From IMG/VR virus record IMGVR_UViG_3300042270_000651, positions 30,209 to 94,208 of that record: DNA of 64,000 bases; one strand, given 5' to 3'. Shown piece after piece: positions 26,427 to 36,206 of the stretch (position 1 is its first letter; each line of letters opens with the position of its first letter). Both the position numbers and the translations under genes were made by a program. Under the pieces are notes generated by a model. It did not search any database and was not told the DNA's origin. It saw only the letters and a program-made list of their open reading frames with translations. The DNA comes from a virus. Lineage: Duplodnaviria; Caudoviricetes.

Positions 26427-26836
26427 TTTTTTTCCTCGTCCCGCGTCACCCGGTTACGCTTCTGGATGGCCTCGGACAGCTCGCGGATGCGCTCCATGCC
26501 CAGGCGGTTCAGACACTCATCAGCCGCCACCTCGTAAGACCGGCCGCCAAGGTTCCGCTTCACCGTGCGGAAGTCGATGTGGTTGCCGTCCTGATCTTGG
26601 AAGTTGTCCCAGCCGCACAGGCCGAAGCGCACGCGCTCGACGTGGGACTGGTTGATCTTGATGCTGGGCGTCCCGGTCTCTCCCTCGAACGACAGGCTGT
26701 TGTCGTTGATGTGTGAGGTCACGGTGACGTCGAGGGTGCGGAGCTTGAACGTCGTCGCGTCCGGCGTCCCCTTGCCGGGGTCGTCATCGAACTGGAAGTC
26801 GAACGTTTCCGCGAGGGTGAGACCCTTCAAAGCCAT
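26411..26836 (-). CDS. Tail assembly chaperone G
   Basis: Between the tail tube and tape measure; ends in the slippery GAA AAA AAG. Confidence 0.8.
   Translation of the reverse strand: MALKGLTLAETFDFQFDDDPGKGTPDATTFKLRTLDVTVTSHINDNSLSFEGETGTPSIKINQSHVERVRFGLCGWDNFQDQDGNHIDFRTVKRNLGGRSYEVAADECLNRLGMERIRELSEAIQKRNRVTRDEEKKSDAV
26426..26432 (-). other. Programmed -1 ribosomal frameshift heptamer A AAA AAG
   Basis: Canonical slippery sequence, correctly phased at the end of chaperone G. Confidence 0.8.
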
Positions 26837-27032
26837 GCTGCCCACTCCTTTGCTGGCTGCTTGGTCCATTCAAATCGGGCGACTTGTCTGCCCAAAGCAG
26901 CTCCACCTTACAGGGGGCATGGGCCTTTGCAATTGATTGCGCGGCGCCTCGGGTCAACTTTGCCGCCACGATCTCGCCGGTCATTTCGCCGGCCGGCGTG
27001 GCCTTGAGGACGAGGTAGACCTTGACGTGCAT
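26784..27032 (-). CDS. Hypothetical protein
   Basis: MHVKVYLVLKA... with GGAGG SD; overlaps chaperone G by about 50 nt. Confidence 0.5.
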   Translation of the reverse strand: MHVKVYLVLKATPAGEMTGEIVAAKLTRGAAQSIAKAHAPCKVELLWADKSPDLNGPSSQQRSGQHGFEGSHPRGNVRLPVR

Positions 27033-27043
27033 CTTCAGCCTCC

Positions 27044-27080
27044 AAGAAAGAAGGGGGAAGGCATCGCTGCCCTCCCCCTT
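27044..27080 (-). terminator. Rho-independent terminator
   Basis: AAGGGGGAGGCA-GCGA-TGCCTTCCCCCTT-CTTTCTT. Confidence 0.65.
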
Positions 27081-27100
27081 GCTCACACGCGATCCGGGGG

Positions 27101-27661
27101 TCAGTCCCACGTCCGCCCGGACACGATGTTCTCTATAGTCGTGCGGTGCACACCGAACTTCTGGGCCAGGGCCTGCGCCCCGTATGTCTTTGATCGAGGC
27201 TTGTAATGCCCTCTGATCCAGTTTGCCTCAACCTCTGTCAACTTGGTATTCGGGTGGTCGGCCCCCTTAACCCTACGCCCGTGTCGACCCTTGTCCTCTT
27301 CGTTCTCCAGGTACGTGGCCCAGTACAGGTTATCCGGCTTATTGTTTCCAGGGTCTCCATCGCGGTGGGCCACGACGGATTTGTTTTCCGGCTTTGGACC
27401 ATGGAAAGCTTCACAGACCAGGGTGTGAAGCCCTTTCGGGGCCTGTCGTGTCCGGCGCCCGTCCTGGTCAAAATCAGAGACAGTCACCTGCGTATAGCCC
27501 GTCCTAGGGTTGACCCACCCATCCAGAACAGAGCCTCCGACTTGGCGTGTGCACTGGCCGTGCTTGTTCCGGTGCGTTATGAGGCGCTTCTTTGACCGAA
27601 CACGCCCAAGGTCGCTGACCTCGAAAAAAGGAAAAGATGGGACTGTCTTCCAGACCTCCAT
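27101..27661 (-). mobile_element. Free-standing NUMOD4-HNH homing endonuclease
   Basis: EVWKTVP...EVSDLGRVRS (NUMOD4); HTLVCEAFHG...HRDGDPGNNKPDNL (HNH); visibly lower GC. Confidence 0.88.
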
Positions 27662-27731
27662 GGCCACCTCCGTGTGTAGAAGCCCAACAGTCCCATCTTA
27701 TTTCATTTGAAGATGTTAGTCCATTTCAGCA

Positions 27732-28976
27732 CTAACAGAACACGAAGCGGACCTCGTCATTGCCTTGGCGGCGCGAGAACTTGAGGCCAGCGTCGTAGGT
27801 ACGGGTGCCGTTGCGGTCCTGGTAGGTCAGGCCGGTGTACTGCACGCCCTCGGACTTCACCCAAACGGTGTTGCCCGCCTGGGTGCCGAAGCGCATCTGG
27901 AACGGCATCACCTTGGCGTCGGCCAGCTGACCCCACCAGTCCTGGCTCGCTACCAGGGTGGCCTCGGGGTCGATGCCGCCGGTCGGCGCACGCTCGGTGA
28001 TGTTCACACCATCGTAGCCGTCGGAGCCGTTGGCGTCGGGCCGCACGTTGATCGAGTTGGCCTGGTCGAAGCTGAAGGCGTTGACCACCGCCGGGTACCC
28101 GCCAACCCGCAGACGCGCCAGCTCCACCTGGGGCGGCAGGGCCGTCTCGTACTTGGCGTTGGTGGGCATGGTCGCATCCACCGGCTTCACGAACTGGCCA
28201 GTGAACTGCCACTCGATCTTGCCGTACTGGCCCGCCTCGCCGTTCAGCGAGAACGTGCCGCGACCGCCCGGCATCTTGTGCAGGACGCCGTCCAGGTACA
28301 GGTAGAGCGTCACGCTCTCCTGGCTGTCGGACACCGGGTCGTAGCGAAGCCCGGTCGGGGACAAGCTGACGCACCATTCCTGACCCACCTCGACGTTGTT
28401 GCCACCCAGGTCCGGCGTGATCTCCAGGCCAAGCGAGCCCACGGTGATCGAGGTCGCATCGGTCAGGACAACGCCGGTCTGCTCGGTCTCGGACGGGTGG
28501 TCGGAGGTGATCTTGACCTCTGCCGTACCCGTGCCGCCGGCCGTGGTGACGGTCAGGAAGTAGCTCACCTCCTCGGTGTTGGTCAGCGTGCCGCCGGTCG
28601 TCCACGTCACGGAGCGGGCGTGCTCGCCCACCTCGGTGACGTCGCTGGACTCGGCCGCCGTAAGCGCCGTCTCGGAATACCCGCAGGCCCGAAGCAGACG
28701 CCCGATGATCGGTGCGTCCGCCAGGGCCCCGGAGTTCTGCTTGCCGTTACCGCGCAGCTCGGTGGTGAAGGTCATCCCCGCCAGCTTCCGACCGATGCTG
28801 TGCGCCTTGGGCGAAAGGTCGAACGTAGCGAAGTTGCGCTCCAGCACCGAAATGTCGGCGGTGAAGTCCGGGGACTCCACCAGCACGGCATCGGTGAGCG
28901 GGTCCGGGCTGGCATCCACGTTGTACGTGGACTCGACTTTCGCCAGCAGGAGCCCGCGCCTCGTCAGAAGGCTCAT
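27732..28976 (-). CDS. Major tail tube protein
   Basis: 414 aa, LLAKVESTY N-terminus, upstream of the chaperones. Confidence 0.75.
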   Translation of the reverse strand: MSLLTRRGLLLAKVESTYNVDASPDPLTDAVLVESPDFTADISVLERNFATFDLSPKAHSIGRKLAGMTFTTELRGNGKQNSGALADAPIIGRLLRACGYSETALTAAESSDVTEVGEHARSVTWTTGGTLTNTEEVSYFLTVTTAGGTGTAEVKITSDHPSETEQTGVVLTDATSITVGSLGLEITPDLGGNNVEVGQEWCVSLSPTGLRYDPVSDSQESVTLYLYLDGVLHKMPGGRGTFSLNGEAGQYGKIEWQFTGQFVKPVDATMPTNAKYETALPPQVELARLRVGGYPAVVNAFSFDQANSINVRPDANGSDGYDGVNITERAPTGGIDPEATLVASQDWWGQLADAKVMPFQMRFGTQAGNTVWVKSEGVQYTGLTYQDRNGTRTYDAGLKFSRRQGNDEVRFVFC

Positions 28977-28995
28977 GGGTCACCCCCTCCTTGGT

Positions 28996-29736
28996 TTAGA
29001 TGGCGACCACGGTCACCGGAACATCATTGCCGTCCACGCAAGCGTCGAGCTTGGCCGCCAGGGTAGCGACAGCGTCGGCGAACTGACCCAGGATCGCGTC
29101 GGCGTCGGCCTTGGCGACACCCGTGTCCGCGCTGCCGTCGACCGCCGTGCCGGTGGTGGCATCCAGCGCCTTGAGCGTCCAGTCGCCGGCCTGGCCCACG
29201 AGGGCCGACAGGTCGATGGTGTCCTCGCCGCAGGCGGTGGCCACGCGGTTGACGGCCAGACCCAAGGTCTTCAGCACGTCGCGGGCGTCGGCAATGTCGC
29301 CGTTGGCGTCGGCCACCGATACGCCAGCCGAGGCAACCGCCGTGCCCACCGTGCCGATAGAGGCTATGGTGCCGCTGCCGTCGGTGCCGCCCGTGTTGTC
29401 GGTCAGTTGGACCACCGGGACGATGGCGTAGATCGTGTTCACCCGGCCGGCGAGCGTGGCGAGGGCGTTGCGCACCTTGCCCCAGGCGGTGTCCCACCCG
29501 GACTTGCCCGCCATGTCGGTGTCCGACGTGGTGAACGGGGTAAGCAGGTCGACCTTGCCCAGCGTATTGCCGCCGCTGGTGCCGCCGGAGTTGTCGGTCA
29601 GCGCCGTGGTCGAAGCCAGGGCCGCCTTGGCGTTGTGCTGGGCCAGCTCACGGACGATGTGCACCAGGGTGTCGGGCCCGGCACCATAGACCTTGGACAT
29701 GGCAGAGAAGTGGTTCTTCCCGATCTTGGTAGTCAT
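28996..29736 (-). CDS. Putative structural/decoration protein
   Basis: Repeated LTDN(S/T)GGT motif; Ala/Thr-rich. Confidence 0.6.
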   Translation of the reverse strand: MTTKIGKNHFSAMSKVYGAGPDTLVHIVRELAQHNAKAALASTTALTDNSGGTSGGNTLGKVDLLTPFTTSDTDMAGKSGWDTAWGKVRNALATLAGRVNTIYAIVPVVQLTDNTGGTDGSGTIASIGTVGTAVASAGVSVADANGDIADARDVLKTLGLAVNRVATACGEDTIDLSALVGQAGDWTLKALDATTGTAVDGSADTGVAKADADAILGQFADAVATLAAKLDACVDGNDVPVTVVAI

Positions 29737-29771
29737 CGAAGCACCTCCATGTGATGACTAGGTGCGGCGGG

Positions 29772-29948
29772 TCACGCCTTGACGCGCTTGCCGCCTCCGA
29801 TGGACACGTACCGGCCACCCACACCGTAGGGAACCTCCTGGTCCTCCTTCTTCACGGTGGGGGCGCCCTCCGCCTCCAGCTTGGGCTCTTGGGCCTCAGT
29901 TTCGACAGTAGCCGTGCGGGGCCACTTTTTCGACGACGCACTTTTCAT
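29772..29948 (-). CDS. Small hypothetical protein (58 aa, not in the ORF track)
   Basis: MKSASSKKWP...YGVGGRYVSIGGGKRVKA; TAAGGAG SD. Confidence 0.6.
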   Translation of the reverse strand: MKSASSKKWPRTATVETEAQEPKLEAEGAPTVKKEDQEVPYGVGGRYVSIGGGKRVKA

Positions 29949-29960
29949 CTGGTCCGCTCC

Positions 29961-30431
29961 TTACACAGGCTTGCGGGGGTCGTTGGTTGCGTGCCGGTAG
30001 CGGACGTTCAGAAAGACCGCCCCCATCACGCTCCGATCCTCGCTGCTGTCGAGGTCGATGTCGTTGCCCACCTCGCGGCAGTCGATGGCCACCCCGCCCA
30101 GGGTGTGATCCTCGGCGAGCTTGCGCTGGACTTCCCCCAGCACCGTGTTGGCCAGGACGCTTGACCGGGGGTCTCCCCGGTTGACGGTGATCTGGAACTC
30201 GATGGTCACCCGCAGCGTCACGTCGACCACCGGGAACCGCTCGCTCTTCTGTTCCTCCCCGTCCACGACCGACGCCATGTACCGCTTGCGGTGGTCGGCC
30301 TCACCCAGGGGCCCGCGTTTCACATCGGAGAACTGAACGGTGTAAGGGTCGGCGACGGGTTCGCCCTCGACCATGGACTTGAGGGCGTCTTCGAGGGCCG
30401 TCAGGCACTTCTCACGGATCGTGTCAGCCAT
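29961..30431 (-). CDS. Tail terminator/completion protein
   Basis: TIREKCLTALEDAL...DHTLGGVA...VRYRHATNDP, gpU-like. Confidence 0.7.
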   Translation of the reverse strand: MADTIREKCLTALEDALKSMVEGEPVADPYTVQFSDVKRGPLGEADHRKRYMASVVDGEEQKSERFPVVDVTLRVTIEFQITVNRGDPRSSVLANTVLGEVQRKLAEDHTLGGVAIDCREVGNDIDLDSSEDRSVMGAVFLNVRYRHATNDPRKPV

Positions 30432-30561
30432 GGCGCTCGCTCCAACGCTTGATGGCCTGCCACAGCCGCGCCGGGATCATCACGACGGCGAAGGCGATCA
30501 TGCCGAGACAGCCCTTGGGGGTATGCCGGGTCATAGCGGGCTCCCTGAAATTGATTGCAGG

Positions 30562-31209
30562 TCAGGACATGATTTCGCGCAGCATGGCCTGCATGGCCTT
30601 GTCCACGAAGTACGACGTCCCGGTCTTGAGTGTGTCCCCCAGGCCCAGGCGGGCGGGGATGCGGACCTTTTTCTTGAGCACGTAGAGCGGGACGATGCCC
30701 GACCCGCGCTTCTGGAAGATCAGCAGATTGCCCGCCTTCGACTCCCGCACGAACGTCCGATCCCACTCCCGCGCGGACCGCTTCTTGGGGGTGCCGTCGC
30801 TGTTCAGCGCCGCCGGCAGCGGGATGGTCAGGTACTTGCCGTTCTTGGCCCGGATGGTGCCGCCGGTCTCGTGGATGCGGCCGTAGGGGACACCATTGGT
30901 CCCGATCTCGCCCTGCACGGCATCCAGAGTCTTGCCGGAGACCCGTACGCTGTCGCGGATGGCGCGGATCAGCTTGCCGCTGCGCCGAGACAGCGTGCTG
31001 CCGGTGGTGCCGCCGGGCCAGGCGTTGCCGTGTCGACGGGCCATCGCCTCGGCCACCCCGTCCAGGAACAGGCGCAGCTCCTTGGACAAGACAGGCCCGG
31101 CGCGGTCTATGCCGTCGCCGAGCGAGTCTGCAAAGGCCCGCAGGCCCTTCTCCGCGTCCTGGAACCGCCGGTTGCGGAACTCGAACTCGATCAGGAAAGG
31201 ATCGGCCAT
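30562..31209 (-). CDS. Neck/virion morphogenesis protein
   Basis: RSGKL...YGRIHETGGTIRAK...IPAR motifs. Confidence 0.75.
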   Translation of the reverse strand: MADPFLIEFEFRNRRFQDAEKGLRAFADSLGDGIDRAGPVLSKELRLFLDGVAEAMARRHGNAWPGGTTGSTLSRRSGKLIRAIRDSVRVSGKTLDAVQGEIGTNGVPYGRIHETGGTIRAKNGKYLTIPLPAALNSDGTPKKRSAREWDRTFVRESKAGNLLIFQKRGSGIVPLYVLKKKVRIPARLGLGDTLKTGTSYFVDKAMQAMLREIMS

Positions 31210-31215
31210 GTCACC

Positions 31216-31818
31216 TCACAGGGGTAGCCGGGCCCAGGGCACGTACCGAATGTGGGACTCCAGCATCGCTTCCAGGGACTGCGTCATCTGGTAGACGCTC
31301 TGGTTCACCCCCGCCTCCTTCAGGCTCGGGTTGTCGTCGAGCATGATCTTGGCGTGCAGCTTCGCCGCCTCCTGCAGCCAGGGCGGCACCTGGGCCAAGT
31401 CATAGCTTTCAGGGTCGGTGTCGTCGACGTTGAAACCCGCCGTGTAGCTGCACTGCACGAACTCCCGCAGGTAGACCCGGCGGTAGTCGCTGATGACGCC
31501 CTTGTCTGGGCGGAGGACGAAGTTAGGGGTCACCACCACTGCGTCGGCCATGTCCGGCCGAGGCGAAACCTTTACGACGACGCTCACCGGCTCCACGAAC
31601 CCGAGGGACAGCCGTAGGTCACAACTCGGCACGCCGCCCTCGTCCGACCGCTCGACGAAGAACAAGTCCGCCCAGCTCTGCTTGTCGAAAGAGGTGCGGA
31701 GGACGGACGCAAGCGCGTGCGTGGTGCCGTGCAGCGCGGCGGTGATCGCCTCGTTGATGTCCGGCATGTCGTCGAAGCCGAGGTCCGCACGAACCTCTGA
31801 CACGGATGCGAGCATCAT
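31216..31818 (-). CDS. Head-tail connector/adaptor
   Basis: LASVSEVRADL...YTAGF...VPPWLQEA. Confidence 0.7.
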   Translation of the reverse strand: MMLASVSEVRADLGFDDMPDINEAITAALHGTTHALASVLRTSFDKQSWADLFFVERSDEGGVPSCDLRLSLGFVEPVSVVVKVSPRPDMADAVVVTPNFVLRPDKGVISDYRRVYLREFVQCSYTAGFNVDDTDPESYDLAQVPPWLQEAAKLHAKIMLDDNPSLKEAGVNQSVYQMTQSLEAMLESHIRYVPWARLPL

Positions 31819-31836
31819 GGCCCGTCCTCCCTACGC

Positions 31837-32157
31837 TTAGAGTTCGACGGCGTCCTCGTCGGACTCGTCGGTCTTGGCCTTGGGGCCCTTCGTGATCTTC
31901 ACCCCGCCCTTGCGGGCCGTGGGCTTGACCTCCGCCTTGGCGGTGTCCTCGGACGTGTCGGCCTCGTCCTTGGTCTCGGACTTGGCTTCGGCTTCGCCCG
32001 CTTGGCCGGCGGTGAAATCAATTTCAAAGTGGCCGTCCAGGTTCTCCCGGAGGTAGTTGGCGACCTCGTCGGGCACGGTCACTTCCTGACCCCGGTGGAA
32101 CACGCGACCCTGGGTGTGCAGCTTGCTCGGCCGCAGCAGAACGACTTTCGCGGACAT
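31837..32157 (-). CDS. Small head-associated protein
   Basis: Directly after the major capsid gene; acidic tail. Confidence 0.6.
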   Translation of the reverse strand: MSAKVVLLRPSKLHTQGRVFHRGQEVTVPDEVANYLRENLDGHFEIDFTAGQAGEAEAKSETKDEADTSEDTAKAEVKPTARKGGVKITKGPKAKTDESDEDAVEL

Positions 32158-32185
32158 TCCGGCTCTCCTTAGCAGTCCTTCATCG

Positions 32186-32217
32186 GAAAAGGGCGGCGGG
32201 GGTAGCCCCGCCGCCCC
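32186..32217 (-). terminator. Rho-independent terminator after the major capsid gene
   Basis: GGGCGGCGGGG-CTAC-CCCCGCCGCCC-TTTT. Confidence 0.8.
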
Positions 32218-32234
32218 TTGGCGTTATCCTGGGG

Positions 32235-33221
32235 TTACGCCGCCAGCGGCTCCAGGATGTTCTGGTACTCGACCAGGGCCTCGGCCTCCTCGATCTCGAA
32301 GGCGATGCGGGCGGTCAGCACGATCTTGTAGACGCGGCGCGAAATGTCCTTGTCGTACTCCATGCTGACGTTGCGCTGGATGCCCATGACGAGGTTCAGC
32401 GGGTTCGTGAACAGGCCCTTGGTGTCCGGCATCAGGGCCGCCGAACGGACCGGCGAGCCGTAGGCGCGGGCCTCGCGGACACCCTCGGTCAGGCTGTCAC
32501 CCATACCGGTCGGGCGGTCGGCCAGCGTGTCGATGTACTCGACCTCGTTGTCCACGGAGACGTAATGGCGCATGGCCGCCCGGTTCCGCAGGTACTGGTC
32601 GGGCATCGTCTGGAGGCCCTTCTTGAAGATCGACTTGCCGATCTTCGTGTTGCTGGCGTCGACGACGTTGCCACGGTCGGCACCGATCTTCAGCCAGCCG
32701 TTGGTCATCGACAGGTAGTCCTGCTCGTCCTGATCGGCGGAGGTGAAGGTGGTGTCGCCCTTCAGGCCCAGCTCTTCCAGATCGAGAGCGGCGCGCTCGG
32801 CGATCAGGTCGATCAGGGTGTTCTTCAGCCCGCCGGACCGACCAGTGTTGGACGCCTCGTTGTTGGCCGCGCCGGCACGCTCGATGTTGTCTTCGAGCAC
32901 GTCGTAGGGCAGGTGCACCTCGGCGATCACCTCGTCGGTGCTCAGGGTGAGCTGCTCGGTGGTCGGCTTGCTGCGCTGGGACTCAGTCAGCGCGGTGCCG
33001 GACTGGGCCTTGCGCAGAATGCGGGAACCGAAGCCGATCTTGTTGATCTTGCGCTGCGGCGCGTTCATCTCGACCACGCGGCAGTCACGGATCATCGTCG
33101 GCTGAACCAGCAGCTTGCGGATGAAACGGGAGCCTTCCTCCGGCTGCAGCGCACCGCCGTTCGCCGTGAGGTCGGACAGCGCCAGGTCGGCCTTCTGAAG
33201 GAGGGACTGGTTGCTGGACAT
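32235..33221 (-). CDS. Major capsid protein
   Basis: GGALQPE...FIR...KIGFGSR...LEDNIE; size and position; followed by a terminator. Confidence 0.85.
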   Translation of the reverse strand: MSSNQSLLQKADLALSDLTANGGALQPEEGSRFIRKLLVQPTMIRDCRVVEMNAPQRKINKIGFGSRILRKAQSGTALTESQRSKPTTEQLTLSTDEVIAEVHLPYDVLEDNIERAGAANNEASNTGRSGGLKNTLIDLIAERAALDLEELGLKGDTTFTSADQDEQDYLSMTNGWLKIGADRGNVVDASNTKIGKSIFKKGLQTMPDQYLRNRAAMRHYVSVDNEVEYIDTLADRPTGMGDSLTEGVREARAYGSPVRSAALMPDTKGLFTNPLNLVMGIQRNVSMEYDKDISRRVYKIVLTARIAFEIEEAEALVEYQNILEPLAA

Positions 33222-33258
33222 GGATTTCTTACCTCACTCTGTCTGACAGGTTGCCCGG

Positions 33259-34404
33259 TTACGCCGGGCGGTTGTAGGCGGTGTCGAGCAGCGGAGGGAC
33301 ACCCTCCGACTGACCGCCACTTTGGCTCTGGCCGTCGGCCTTGTGGACCATGTCCACCGTGCCGCTCACGGCCTCCTCGGCCTTCTTGGCCTGAGCCTCG
33401 ACCGCATCGGCGCGCTTGGACAGCTCCTCGACGCGGGCGGCCAGCTTGTCGAACTGGGCGTCGACCGACTTCTGCAGGCCGGCGAGCAGAGCCTCGACCT
33501 TGTCCGTCACGTCGCCGGTATCAGCCTTCTGAGTGCCCTCGGCACCCTTTCCGGCTTCCGCCTCTTCGGACTTCTGGGCCTCGGAGCCTTCGCCTTCTTC
33601 GGACTTGGCGGTGTCTTCGGCGTCGGCACCCTTCGCATCAGCGCCCTCGTCGGACTTCTGCGTGGTCTCCTGGCTGTCGGACTTGCCCTCCTCGGAGGCC
33701 GGAGCCTTTTCGGACTTGGCGACGGCTTCGTCTTCGCCCTTCTCGACACCGGACTGGTCGCCGCCGGCCGTTGCCTGGGGCTTCTCGCCCTTGGTGACAT
33801 CGGCCTTGAACGCCGTGGTCGGGATCGCGCTGGTCAGACCCACGACGTATGCCTTGAACTCGTCCACCGCCTTGGCGATGCGGTCGCTGGCGTCGTTCGG
33901 GCTGTCGGCCTTCTGCATGATGTTCTGGACCGTGTTGTCCAGCATCGACAGGGCCATGCCCACGGACGGACGGTACGCCTCGGTGGCGAAGACCTCGGCA
34001 AAGGAGCTGGACTCCAGGTTCAGGTCGTCGAACGCCTTGGTGATGCCGGTGACGACCAGCGCCAGGTCCTCGTCGACCTTCAGCACCGTCTCGTCAACAC
34101 CCTTGGCGTCGTCCTGCTTGAACAAGTAGCCGCCCTCGACCTCTTCCATCTTCTCGACGGACAGGCCCAGCTTCGAGAGCCGGTCCTTCTGCTCCTCCAG
34201 GTCAGCACCCTTGCGCACGACGGCGGAAATCACCGACGGCGACGGGGCTTCCTGCTTGCGGAAAATCCCGCTCAGGTTAATCATGTCGCTTTCGTCCTTC
34301 TTGCAAATGCGGAACGGGATGCGGTTCGCCCCACGCTTCACGAGCGAGATGAACTGGACGTCAGCGTCGACCAGCTCCTGCGCTGTCACCTCAACCTTGG
34401 CCAT
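33259..34404 (-). CDS. Scaffold-like protein with an N-terminal protease-like segment
   Basis: N-terminal FISLVKRGAN; acidic low-complexity C-terminal half with repeated (A/E/Q)K(S/A/G)(D/E) motifs. Confidence 0.65.
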   Translation of the reverse strand: MAKVEVTAQELVDADVQFISLVKRGANRIPFRICKKDESDMINLSGIFRKQEAPSPSVISAVVRKGADLEEQKDRLSKLGLSVEKMEEVEGGYLFKQDDAKGVDETVLKVDEDLALVVTGITKAFDDLNLESSSFAEVFATEAYRPSVGMALSMLDNTVQNIMQKADSPNDASDRIAKAVDEFKAYVVGLTSAIPTTAFKADVTKGEKPQATAGGDQSGVEKGEDEAVAKSEKAPASEEGKSDSQETTQKSDEGADAKGADAEDTAKSEEGEGSEAQKSEEAEAGKGAEGTQKADTGDVTDKVEALLAGLQKSVDAQFDKLAARVEELSKRADAVEAQAKKAEEAVSGTVDMVHKADGQSQSGGQSEGVPPLLDTAYNRPA

Positions 34405-34993
34405 TCAAGAGACCCTCCACGAAGCTGAAGCGGTGGGTGTGTCCGTGTGCCGGTTCCGTGACGGTCCCCTTCACGATGACGTGGTAGTGGCCGTCTGCGG
34501 CTTCGTCGGTTCTTCCGCCCAGGAACTCCCCCTTGGGGCCGTAGTGGACGGAGAAAGTGTGTGCGTGGCTCTCGACCTGATCGGTCTCGCCCTTGAGAAC
34601 TTCCGGGATTTCCATAATCAGCGCGCCGGGCTTCTTGAAGCCCTTCCCGCCGAACGAGAAGCCATTGATCTCGCCGGACTTGACCATCGCCCACATGCCG
34701 GGGTCAGGGATATGCACCCCTGTCACCCAGCTGCCGGGGATGAACACCGGGTCGTCGTCGCGGGCGATGAAGCTCTCGACGACGTAGGCGCCACTCTCGA
34801 CCTCGTTGTGTTCGTGGTCGATCTTGTTGACGCGCCCAGCCGCCATGAACTTGTAGGCCGCCTTACGGATTTCGTCGGCAGTCATGTAGTCGCCCTGCGA
34901 GTCCGGGTAGCCCGGCGCGTAAACCTCGCCCCAGACCACCTGCATCTCGTCGTCGACTTTCTTGAGCGCGGACTTTTCCGTATTGCCGGCCAC
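34391..34993 (-). CDS. XkdF-like prohead protease
   Basis: VWGEVYAP...DSQGDYMTADEIRKAAYKFM...IDHEH...GEINGFSFGG; GTG start 34993. Confidence 0.8.
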   Translation of the reverse strand: MAGNTEKSALKKVDDEMQVVWGEVYAPGYPDSQGDYMTADEIRKAAYKFMAAGRVNKIDHEHNEVESGAYVVESFIARDDDPVFIPGSWVTGVHIPDPGMWAMVKSGEINGFSFGGKGFKKPGALIMEIPEVLKGETDQVESHAHTFSVHYGPKGEFLGGRTDEAADGHYHVIVKGTVTEPAHGHTHRFSFVEGLLNGQG

Positions 34994-35123
34994 GGTTCCT
35001 TCACCTCCATGTGAAAACCCGGCCCCGCGATTAGCAGAACCGGGTTTGACCGTAGCGATGGTCGTAGGGTGCATCAACAGGCCATGAAATTGATTGCAGC
35101 GGTGCGGTTCAAGTACGAGCCCA

Positions 35124-36206
35124 TTACACGCCGTTGTCGGACAGCATCTTCTCCGCGTCGGCCAGTGCGCCGGCCGCCACCAGGGACAGCACCGTCTCCC
35201 GCGCCTCCTGGCTCTGAAGGTCGTCCGCCCGGTCGACCAGGTCCGCCGCCAGCAGGGCCGGAGCCAGGGTGGCTTCGGTGTCCGGCTTGGGCGCCACCAC
35301 CTCGTCCATTCCGTCATCCGGTGTGGGCAGGGCCACGGGCGTGAAGCCGGGCGAAATCATGGACGCCTCCCCGACCTTGACCAGGATCGTGCGGCAGCGA
35401 GGGTGGAACGGCGGCACCAGCACCCCATACTTGGCCAGCAAGGCGTCCTCCGACAGGTGCTCCAGGTCGTGCAGGGTCTGCTTGTCCCCCCGCAGCCAGG
35501 GATGGGCCGCCGCCAGTTCATCGGGGTCCGACACCCGCAGGGCCTTGTCGATCACACCGTAGGCTTGCTGGACGTCGAACGTCTTGCGGTGCAGCCGCCG
35601 GCACGTCTGGCTGGTTCGCTGGTCAAGCGTGGCTTCGAGCTGGTAGCGCGTGACACCCTGCTGGATGGCCTCGGCCAGGAACCCAAAGCTGACCAGTCGG
35701 GAGGTCGTCAGGTTGGCCGTCAAGTCGAACATGCCGCGCCCGGTGCCCAGCACGGCAGCGTTAAGCATGTCCGCCAGGTCGAGGTCGGCCTTCTGGACCT
35801 GCCCCTCCTGGTTCTTGGCGTGCTCCCAGCGACCAAGGACCTGCTCGGCCGAGCGGCGGACCTGGGCCATGACCGCGTCGGTAGTCATGTCGCTCATCTG
35901 GTCGATGGCCAGGGCCACATGCTCCGAAGGCTCCCCCTTCGCCGTCGCCGCGTCCTTCAGCGGAACGACCCGAGAGGCCCCGAACAAGGTGCAGGACACC
36001 CCCAGTTCCTCGGCCCGGCGGCGCTGGCCCTCGGCGATGTCGTCGGCTGAAATTGATTTCACGGCGTCGTAAGCCGCCGCGATCTCGCCGTTCTCGGCCA
36101 GGGCGGTGACTTGGGCGACGATCTTGCTCGCCTTCTTGTCCCAGGCCCCCTTGTAGGCCGACGCCATGACCTCTTCGAGCGTGATGAACGTCTCTATCTT
36201 GGGCAT
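35124..36206 (-). CDS. Minor head protein (SPP1 gp7 / Mu gpF-like)
   Basis: ATLDQRTSQTCRRLH...PPFHPRCRT. Confidence 0.8.
   Translation of the reverse strand: MPKIETFITLEEVMASAYKGAWDKKASKIVAQVTALAENGEIAAAYDAVKSISADDIAEGQRRRAEELGVSCTLFGASRVVPLKDAATAKGEPSEHVALAIDQMSDMTTDAVMAQVRRSAEQVLGRWEHAKNQEGQVQKADLDLADMLNAAVLGTGRGMFDLTANLTTSRLVSFGFLAEAIQQGVTRYQLEATLDQRTSQTCRRLHRKTFDVQQAYGVIDKALRVSDPDELAAAHPWLRGDKQTLHDLEHLSEDALLAKYGVLVPPFHPRCRTILVKVGEASMISPGFTPVALPTPDDGMDEVVAPKPDTEATLAPALLAADLVDRADDLQSQEARETVLSLVAAGALADAEKMLSDNGV

Noticed and set aside
28985-28994. CCAAGGAGGG before the tail tube gene as a member of the hairpin family
   Set aside because: Only 2 bp of stem; treated as an ordinary SD.
30424-30534. 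36-aa hydrophobic ORF (MTRHTPKGCLG...) between neck genes
   Set aside because: Plausible, but too short to support without homology evidence.
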